Assembly: GCA_944372505.1 (NCBI GenBank)
Contig: CALVZK010000001.1
Span: 22,555 to 46,554 of the forward strand
Length of the DNA: 24,000 nucleotides
Reading direction: 5' to 3'
Source: an uncultured Clostridia bacterium
GTDB lineage: Bacteria; Bacillota; Clostridia; Christensenellales; UBA1242
The translations under genes were made by a program, and so were the position numbers. The notes beneath the pieces were generated by a model. That model was given only the letters and a program-made list of their open reading frames with translations. It was not told where the DNA came from and did not search any database. Positions within the stretch are counted from its first letter, which is position 1; the number at the start of each line of letters is the position of its first letter. Of this stretch, positions 17,079 through 24,000 are shown piece after piece.

Positions 17079-17201
17079 TATTTTTTCAAATTATTTTGAA
17101 TTGGTATAAATATGTATTAAAATAATAAAGTATTGATTAATTAATTGATTTATTATTTTTCAATTAATTTAATTTGTTAATTTTTATATAGGAGGATAAT
17201 T

Positions 17202-17930
17202 ATGTCAGGACATTCTAAATGGCACAACATACAAGCACGAAAAGGGAAATCTGATGCTCAAAGAGGGAAAATATTTACCAAAATTGGAAGAGAAATAGCT
17301 GTTATCGTAAAAACTGGTGGTTCAGATCCAGTTTCAAATCCTAAATTAAGAGATGTTATAGCCAAAGCAAAGCAAAATAATATGCCAAACGATACTATCG
17401 AACGAAGTATAAAAAAAGCAGCAGGTGAAATGAATGGAGTTAACTATGAAACATGCACCTATGAAGGATATGGCACAGGTGGTTCTGCTGTAATAGTCGA
17501 ATGTCTTACCGACAATAAAAATCGTACAGCAGGAGATGTAAGACACGCATTTGATAAACATGGCGGTTCTTTAGGTTCTACAGGTTGTGTAAGTTACCTT
17601 TTCCAAAGAAAAGGAATTGTAGAAATTGAAAAAACTGAAAAAATAGATAGTGATGAATTAATGATGACAGCACTTGATTTAGGAGCAAAAGATATAAATG
17701 AATATGATGATGAATTCGAGATAATTACCGAAGCGAACGATCATTTAAAAGTAAGTGAAGGATTAAGCAATCTAGGATATAATGTAATAAACGCAGAAAC
17801 AACATTAGTTCCAGACAGTTATGTTGATTTAGATGAAGAAAAATTAGGAAAATTTTCTAAAATGATTGAAACTCTGGAAGATCTAGATGATGTTCAAGAA
17901 GTATATCACAATGTAAATGTCACAGAATAA
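17202..17930 (+). CDS. yebC: YebC/PmpR (TACO1) family protein
   Basis: The product is 242 aa, [32 protein letters not shown]...[16 protein letters not shown] is AGGAGG. The position upstream of ruvC matches many bacteria. Confidence 0.92.
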   Translation: MSGHSKWHNIQARKGKSDAQRGKIFTKIGREIAVIVKTGGSDPVSNPKLRDVIAKAKQNNMPNDTIERSIKKAAGEMNGVNYETCTYEGYGTGGSAVIVECLTDNKNRTAGDVRHAFDKHGGSLGSTGCVSYLFQRKGIVEIEKTEKIDSDELMMTALDLGAKDINEYDDEFEIITEANDHLKVSEGLSNLGYNVINAETTLVPDSYVDLDEEKLGKFSKMIETLEDLDDVQEVYHNVNVTE

Positions 17931-17937
17931 AAAAATA

Positions 17938-17965
17938 TTGACAAATCTCATTTTTATGATAATAT
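17938..17965 (+). promoter_or_regulatory. Sigma-A promoter (extended -10) of the orphan small-protein gene
   Basis: TTGACA (17938-17943), 16 nt spacer, then TGaTAATAT with TAATAT at 17960-17965. SD AAAGGAGAG and ATG 17985 follow. Confidence 0.6.
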
Positions 17966-17984
17966 AATAAAAAGGAGAGTTTTT

Positions 17985-18305
17985 ATGAGTATGCAATGGT
18001 ATAGCGACTGGGAACGCGAAAAAGAAGAAAGAGAAGAGGAGTGGCTTGAAGAATTACAAAAAGAAAAAGAGAGAAAAGAAAAATTAGAAAAGATTAAAGA
18101 AGAAAATGAAGCAATGTTAAAATCCATTGAGCAATATGGATTACATGTATGCGAAAATGGTCAATATTCTTTTTTCCCACCAGAAGTAAAAACTAATAAA
18201 ACTAAAAAAAGAGAAATTACAAAGGAAGAATATGAAAATTTAGCATTTAAGCCTTATCCATATCCTATAGAAGATGAGGATGAGGATCCATTTATGCAAA
18301 AATAA
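17985..18305 (+). CDS. Hypothetical small acidic protein (charged helix plus acidic tail), no recognisable family
   Basis: The product is 106 aa. It has a strong SD (AAAGGAGAG, 6 nt spacing), its own promoter and its own terminator. An E/K/R-rich N-terminal stretch (res 8-48) is followed by GLHVCENGQYSFFPPE and a C-terminal PYPYPIEDEDEDPF. I count about 30 acidic and 19 basic residues. Confidence 0.6.
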   Translation: MSMQWYSDWEREKEEREEEWLEELQKEKERKEKLEKIKEENEAMLKSIEQYGLHVCENGQYSFFPPEVKTNKTKKREITKEEYENLAFKPYPYPIEDEDEDPFMQK

Positions 18306-18317
18306 TTTTTCTTTACT

Positions 18318-18342
18318 AAAAAGCCGATTTATCGGCTTTTTT
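18318..18342 (+). terminator. Intrinsic terminator after the orphan gene
   Basis: A 10-bp stem AAAAAGCCGA / TCGGCTTTTT (18318-18327 / 18332-18341) with loop TTTA. The A-run and T-run flanks suggest it may act in both directions. Confidence 0.85.
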
Positions 18343-18353
18343 ATTTATTTTAA

Positions 18354-18382
18354 TTGACTAATTTTCTCTATTTAGTTAAAAT
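18354..18382 (+). promoter_or_regulatory. Sigma-A promoter of ruvCAB; predicted +1 coincides with the ruvC ATG
   Basis: TTGACT (18354-18359), 17 nt spacer, then TAAAAT (18377-18382). Six nt (tatatt) follow and then ATG at 18389, with no SD. Confidence 0.6.
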
Positions 18383-18388
18383 TATATT

Positions 18389-18877
18389 ATGATTATATTA
18401 GGAATTGACCCAGGATATGCTATTATTGGTTATGGAATAATAGATACTTCAAAAACAAATATGGTTATTGACTATGGTGCAATAACAACACCTAAAGAGG
18501 ATAGTTTAGCTATACGATTACAATCCATTGAAAATAGTCTAAAATTTTTATTTGAAAAATTTAAGCCCGACGTTGTTGCGATAGAAGAATTATTTTATTT
18601 TAAAAATCAAAAAACAGTTATTCAAGTTGCACAAGCTAGAGGAGTAATTGTTTTAGCTTGTCAAAAATATTGTGGAAATATTTATGAATATACTCCATTA
18701 CAAATAAAACAAGCTTTAACAGGTCAAGGACGCGCAGAAAAAGCACAAGTGCAGTATATGGTTAAAGCAATTTTGGGTTTAAATAGTATACCAAAACCTG
18801 ATGATGCTGCAGATGCTCTAGCAGTTGCAATTTGCCATAGTCAAACAAGTTCTATTTTAAATCAAAACAAATTATAA
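18389..18877 (+). CDS. ruvC: Crossover junction endodeoxyribonuclease RuvC
   Basis: The product is 162 aa. MIILGIDPGYAIIGYGII matches the RuvC N-terminus with the catalytic Asp. AIEELF and PKPDDAADALAVAICH carry the other acidic catalytic residues. Confidence 0.92.
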   Translation: MIILGIDPGYAIIGYGIIDTSKTNMVIDYGAITTPKEDSLAIRLQSIENSLKFLFEKFKPDVVAIEELFYFKNQKTVIQVAQARGVIVLACQKYCGNIYEYTPLQIKQALTGQGRAEKAQVQYMVKAILGLNSIPKPDDAADALAVAICHSQTSSILNQNKL

Positions 18878-18887
18878 AGAGGATTAC

Positions 18888-19478
18888 ATGATTTCATTTT
18901 TATTAGGAAATATAGAAGAAAAGAAAGAAAACTCATTAATTATTAATGTTAATGGTATAGGATATGAATTAATCGTATCAACAAATACATTAGCATCTTT
19001 ACCTTTAGCAGGGGAAATAGTAAAGATATATACTTATATGGCAGTAAGAGAAGATGGGATATTTTTATTTGGATTCTCTACAACAGAAGAGCGTGAATTG
19101 TTTTATAAATTAATTTTAGTTAATGGTGTAGGTCCTAAAATGGCTATCACGATTCTATCTGGACTTTCTTTGTCTGATTTAACAATTGCTATTATCAAAG
19201 AAGACGTAAAACTTTTATCGAAAATTAAGGGACTTGGGAAAAAAACTGCAGAACGTATTTGTTTAGAATTAAAGGATAAACTCACGCAAATTGATAATGA
19301 TGAAACAAGTAATTTCGATTTAAATTATAATGAAGATTCTGTACAAATGGCAACAGATACACTTATAAGTCTTGGTATTAGTAAAAATGAAGCATATATG
19401 CTTGCAAGATCCTATGCAGGCAATAATGCAACAGCAGAAGAAATCATTTCTAAATCATTAAGGGGGTACCAAGGATGA
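18888..19478 (+). CDS. ruvA: Holliday junction branch migration complex subunit RuvA
   Basis: The product is 196 aa. It has an OB-like N-terminus (MISFLLGNI...[12 protein letters not shown]) and HhH motifs ([29 protein letters not shown]). SD is AAGAGG. Confidence 0.92.
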   Translation: MISFLLGNIEEKKENSLIINVNGIGYELIVSTNTLASLPLAGEIVKIYTYMAVREDGIFLFGFSTTEERELFYKLILVNGVGPKMAITILSGLSLSDLTIAIIKEDVKLLSKIKGLGKKTAERICLELKDKLTQIDNDETSNFDLNYNEDSVQMATDTLISLGISKNEAYMLARSYAGNNATAEEIISKSLRGYQG

Positions 19479-20482
19479 TAGAAGATAACGAAAGATTTGT
19501 TACTAGCACAAAAAACCTGACTGATGCTGAAATTGAGAATTCTTTAAGACCAAATTCTTTTGACGAATATATTGGGCAAACTAAAGTTAAAGAATCGTTA
19601 TCAGTATATATACAGGCAGCAAAAAATAGAAAAGAAAGTTTAGATCATGTTCTATTATATGGCCCTCCAGGACTAGGGAAAACTACATTATCAAGAATTA
19701 TTGCAAATGAATTGGGTTCTCAATTTAAAGTTACATCGGGACCTGCTATAGAACATGCAGCTGATTTAGCAGCGATATTAACAAACTTAAATCAAAATGA
19801 TGTTTTATTCATAGACGAAATACACAGATTAAACAAAACCGTTGAAGAAATTCTTTATCCAGCAATGGAAGATTTTGCACTTGACTTTATTGTAGGAAAA
19901 GGTCCTTCTGCAAGAAACATGCGTTTAAAAATAAAACCATTTACTTTAATAGGAGCAACTACAAGAGCGGGCATGCTTACAAATCCATTAAGGGATAGAT
20001 TTGGAGTAATATGTAGACTTGAACTATATAGCACAGATGAACTATCTATAATTATAAATCGGTCTGCAAAAATTTTAGGAGTAAACATTGACAATGATGC
20101 AAGTATTGAGATAGCAAAAAGATCTAGGGGAACACCAAGAATAGCCAATAGACTATTAAAAAGAGTAAGAGATTATGCTCAAGTTCTAGGAGAAGGGCAT
20201 GTAACAAAAAACATAGCAAATAAAACATTAGAAATTATGGAAATAGACGAATTAGGGCTTGATACAATAGATAGAAAAATTTTATTGACTATGATTAATA
20301 AATTTAAAGGTGGACCAGTAGGGCTTGATACATTATCAGCTACAATAAGTGAAGATGCTTCAACTATAGAAGATGTATACGAACCTTATTTACTTCAGCT
20401 AGGTTTTATCTCTAGAACTCCTAGAGGAAGGACAGTTTTGGAACCAGCATATAGACACTTTGGATTAAATTTCACATTATAA
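19475..20482 (+). CDS. ruvB: Holliday junction branch migration DNA helicase RuvB
   Basis: The product is 335 aa. It has Walker [10 protein letters not shown], Walker [10 protein letters not shown], sensor GATTRAG and [11 protein letters not shown]. An ATGA overlap joins it to the ruvA stop. Confidence 0.95.
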   Translation: MIEDNERFVTSTKNLTDAEIENSLRPNSFDEYIGQTKVKESLSVYIQAAKNRKESLDHVLLYGPPGLGKTTLSRIIANELGSQFKVTSGPAIEHAADLAAILTNLNQNDVLFIDEIHRLNKTVEEILYPAMEDFALDFIVGKGPSARNMRLKIKPFTLIGATTRAGMLTNPLRDRFGVICRLELYSTDELSIIINRSAKILGVNIDNDASIEIAKRSRGTPRIANRLLKRVRDYAQVLGEGHVTKNIANKTLEIMEIDELGLDTIDRKILLTMINKFKGGPVGLDTLSATISEDASTIEDVYEPYLLQLGFISRTPRGRTVLEPAYRHFGLNFTL

Positions 20483-20504
20483 AATAAATTAAAAGAGATA
20501 AAAA

Positions 20505-21554
20505 ATGTTAAACAAAATTGAAAAGAAAGATTTACTAAAAAAAAGCAGTTATTTCTATGATTTGCCAGAAGAATTAATAGCACAAGAACCAGTGGAGCCT
20601 AGGGATAGTTCAAGACTTATTATTTTTGATAGAAAAAACAATAACATAGAACATAAAATATTTAAAGATATTATTAGTTATTTAACACCAAATGATGTTT
20701 TAGTAATAAACAATACAAGAGTTTTACCCGCAAGATTATACGGATATAAAGATACAGGAGCAAAAATTGAAATCCTTTTACAAAAAAGGATAAATTTAAA
20801 TAGTTGGCAAATTATTGCAAAACCTTTTAAACGTTTAAAAGAGGGAACTAAAATAACATTTTCTAATGAACTTGCCTGTATTATTGAAAAAAAAGAAAAT
20901 TATGGTTTATGTGAAGTCACTTTTATTTATGATGGAGTATTTGAAGATAAATTGAGTAAAGTAGGACAAGTCCCATTACCACCATACATTCATGCAAAAT
21001 TAAAAGATAAAGAAAGATATCAAACAGTTTATTCTAAAATAGAAGGATCCTCTGCAGCGCCCACAGCAGGTTTACATTTCACAAACGAACTTCTAACAAA
21101 TATCAAAAAAAAGGGAGTAGAAATAATTGAAGTCCTTTTACATGTAGGGTTGGGAACTTTCCGCCCAGTTAAAGAGGACAATATTCTTGAACACCAAATG
21201 CATAGTGAATATATAGAAATGAGTGTTGAAAACGCACACAAACTTAATCAAGCTAAACAAAATGGAAAACGTATTATTGCAGTTGGAACAACATCTGTAA
21301 GGGTGCTTGAAAGTTGTGTTAATGAAAATGGAAAAATTCTTCCTTGTAAAAAAGAAACGGATATATTTATCTATCCTTCTTATAAATTTAAATTCGTAGA
21401 TGCTTTAATAACAAATTTTCATTTACCTGAAAGCACATTAATAATGCTTGTTTCTGCATTTGCAGGTTATGAACAAACTATGAAAATTTATAATATAGCA
21501 GTAAAAGAAAAATACAGATTTTTTTCTTTTGGTGATGCTATGTTTGTTGAATAG
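20505..21554 (+). CDS. queA: S-adenosylmethionine:tRNA ribosyltransferase-isomerase
   Basis: The product is 349 aa. YDLPEELIAQEPVEPRDSSRL, VPLPPYI, GSSAAPTAGLHFT, AVGTTSVR and FFSFGDAMF are all QueA hallmarks. Confidence 0.93.
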   Translation: MLNKIEKKDLLKKSSYFYDLPEELIAQEPVEPRDSSRLIIFDRKNNNIEHKIFKDIISYLTPNDVLVINNTRVLPARLYGYKDTGAKIEILLQKRINLNSWQIIAKPFKRLKEGTKITFSNELACIIEKKENYGLCEVTFIYDGVFEDKLSKVGQVPLPPYIHAKLKDKERYQTVYSKIEGSSAAPTAGLHFTNELLTNIKKKGVEIIEVLLHVGLGTFRPVKEDNILEHQMHSEYIEMSVENAHKLNQAKQNGKRIIAVGTTSVRVLESCVNENGKILPCKKETDIFIYPSYKFKFVDALITNFHLPESTLIMLVSAFAGYEQTMKIYNIAVKEKYRFFSFGDAMFVE

Positions 21555-21560
21555 ATATTA

Positions 21561-21594
21561 GTATGTACATACAAAATACTATATATAGTATTTT
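21561..21594. repeat. Two adjacent perfect palindromes in the queA-tgt spacer
   Basis: GTATGTACATAC (21561-21572, 12 nt) is immediately followed by AAAATACTATATATAGTATTTT (21573-21594, 22 nt) and then TT. The second could fold as a weak AT-rich terminator hairpin. The function is unknown. Confidence 0.5.
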
Positions 21595-21598
21595 TTAA

Positions 21599-22735
<1,137 letters not shown>

Positions 22736-22745
22736 ATTAAATCGT

Positions 22746-22774
22746 TTGACTTATCTTAAAATATTTTATATAAT
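22746..22774 (+). promoter_or_regulatory. Sigma-A promoter of rny
   Basis: TTGACT (22746-22751), 17 nt spacer, then consensus TATAAT (22769-22774). SD AAAGGGG and ATG 22813 lie downstream. Confidence 0.65.
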
Positions 22775-22812
22775 TTTAATGGTAGATTTTTCTATCTTAA
22801 AAAGGGGATATT

Positions 22813-24000
22813 ATGAGCAGTTTAAGCATATTATGCAATGCTGCTGTTACCGCCGGTGTTGTAAGTGGAGTAATTGCACTAATTTTGGGCATATTGCTCG
22901 GAACTATAATATATAAAATAGTCGCTAACAAAAAAATTGGCAGAAGCAAAACTAATGCTGTTAAAATCATAGAAGAGGCGTATGCAGAAGCAAAAAGCAT
23001 AAAAAAAGAATCAATTATTGAAGCCAAAGAAGAAGCACAGAAAATAAGAGACGAGGCAAATGAAGAAGCAAAAGAAAGAAGAGCAGAAATACAAAAACAA
23101 GAAGAACGACTAGATCAAAGAGAAGAATATGTAACAAAAAAAGAAACATCACTAGATACAAAGCAAGAACAACTTGAAAATGAGAAGACTATATTAGAAA
23201 AAAATAAACTAATATTAGATGAAAAAATTTCCGAACAAGAAGAAATTAAAATTCAAATGTTGGAAAAATTGGAAAAAATATCTGGGCTAACTAAAAATCA
23301 AGCAAAAGATCTTTTGATTGAAAATATAACAGATGAAGCTAAAAAAGATGCTGGGGTTTTAATAAAAAAAATTGAAGATGAGGCAAAAGAAAAGGGTGAT
23401 AAATTAGCTCAAGACATTGTTATGTCAGCAATCCAAAGATGTGCTACAGACCTTTCTTCAGAGATGACAGTTTCAACAGTTGCTCTTCCAAATGATGAAA
23501 TGAAAGGAAGAATTATTGGGAGAGAAGGGAGAAATATTCGTTCTATAGAAAGTGCTACGGGAGTTGAATTAATAGTAGATGATACTCCAGAAACTATCAC
23601 TGTTTCAAGTTTTGATCCTATTAGAAGAGAAATTGCAAGATTAAGTCTTGAAAAACTTATTATTGACGGAAGAATTCATCCTGGTAGAATTGAAGAAATA
23701 GTAGAAAAGTCCACAAAAGAAGTAGATAAAACAATAAAAGAAGCTGGCGAAAATGCTTGTAATGATGTTGCTATTTATAATTTAAATCCAGAATTAGTAA
23801 AAATATTAGGAAGATTAAAATATAGAACAAGTTATGGACAAAATTGCTTAAAACACAGTATAGAAACATCAATTATTGCAGGTCTTATTGCAACAGAACT
23901 TAATGCTAATGTTCAAGTTGCAAAACGCGGAGGTCTACTTCATGATATTGGAAAAGCACTTGATCATGAAATTGAAGGAACACATGTTTCGATTGGTGTT
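22813..24000 (+). CDS. rny: Ribonuclease Y (3' end truncated by window edge)
   Basis: This gene is not in the ORF track because it runs off the window. My translation from ATG 22813 stays open to base 24000 (396 codons). It has an N-terminal TM segment ([25 protein letters not shown]), a long E/K coiled coil, a KH domain ([31 protein letters not shown]) and the start of the HD domain (LKHSIETS...GLLHDIGKA). Confidence 0.93.
   Translation, partial: MSSLSILCNAAVTAGVVSGVIALILGILLGTIIYKIVANKKIGRSKTNAVKIIEEAYAEAKSIKKESIIEAKEEAQKIRDEANEEAKERRAEIQKQEERLDQREEYVTKKETSLDTKQEQLENEKTILEKNKLILDEKISEQEEIKIQMLEKLEKISGLTKNQAKDLLIENITDEAKKDAGVLIKKIEDEAKEKGDKLAQDIVMSAIQRCATDLSSEMTVSTVALPNDEMKGRIIGREGRNIRSIESATGVELIVDDTPETITVSSFDPIRREIARLSLEKLIIDGRIHPGRIEEIVEKSTKEVDKTIKEAGENACNDVAIYNLNPELVKILGRLKYRTSYGQNCLKHSIETSIIAGLIATELNANVQVAKRGGLLHDIGKALDHEIEGTHVSIGV

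Noticed and set aside
5065-17930. A proline-translation theme: efp, proS and yebC (all linked to prolyl or polyproline translation) lie within 13 kb, and the orphan ORF after yebC contains FFPPE and PYPYP.
   Set aside because: efp next to spoIIIA and yebC next to ruvC are each ancient synteny blocks unrelated to one another. The genes are in separate transcription units. A single PP dipeptide is not a stalling motif of note. This is most likely coincidence.

Overview
This is an AT-rich, very gene-dense core-genome segment from a low-GC Gram-positive endospore-former. It looks Bacillota and Clostridia-like, because it has a full spoIIIAA-AH operon and RuvC. I support 32 protein genes, all on the + strand. 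Most are separated by 0-30 nt or overlap. In order they are: infB (5' end cut by the window), rbfA, a DHH/DHHA1 NrnA-like phosphoesterase, truB, an endonuclease IV-like TIM-barrel protein, efp, spoIIIAA-AB-AC-AD-AE-AF-AG-AH, an Asp23/YqhY-like protein, nusB, xseA, proS, xseB, a Cys-rich membrane protein of unknown function, infC-rpmI-rplT, a TrmH/SpoU methyltransferase, yebC, a 106-aa orphan acidic protein, ruvC-ruvA-ruvB, queA, tgt and rny (3' end cut by the window). By eye I could place six sigma-A-type promoters, four of them with a TGn extended -10. I also placed three clear intrinsic terminators and an L20-leader-like attenuator upstream of infC. I corrected several ORF-track starts: infB is open from base 1, spoIIIAA starts at 5799, spoIIIAH at 10096, nusB at 10981, and infC at an ATT at 15271. 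I added rny, which is missing from the track. I saw no tRNA or rRNA genes, CRISPR array, transposase, integrase, phage or defence-type genes, and no evidence for a novel multi-gene system. This is an ordinary housekeeping region. The leads worth a second look are modest. They are a predicted leaderless ruvCAB mRNA, proS wedged between xseA and xseB, an orphan self-contained acidic small-protein gene between yebC and ruvC, a Cys-rich membrane protein with no SD, and an infC leader whose predicted transcript begins with an AUG-initiated 16-codon uORF. All family calls rest on motif recognition by reading, and no searches were run.
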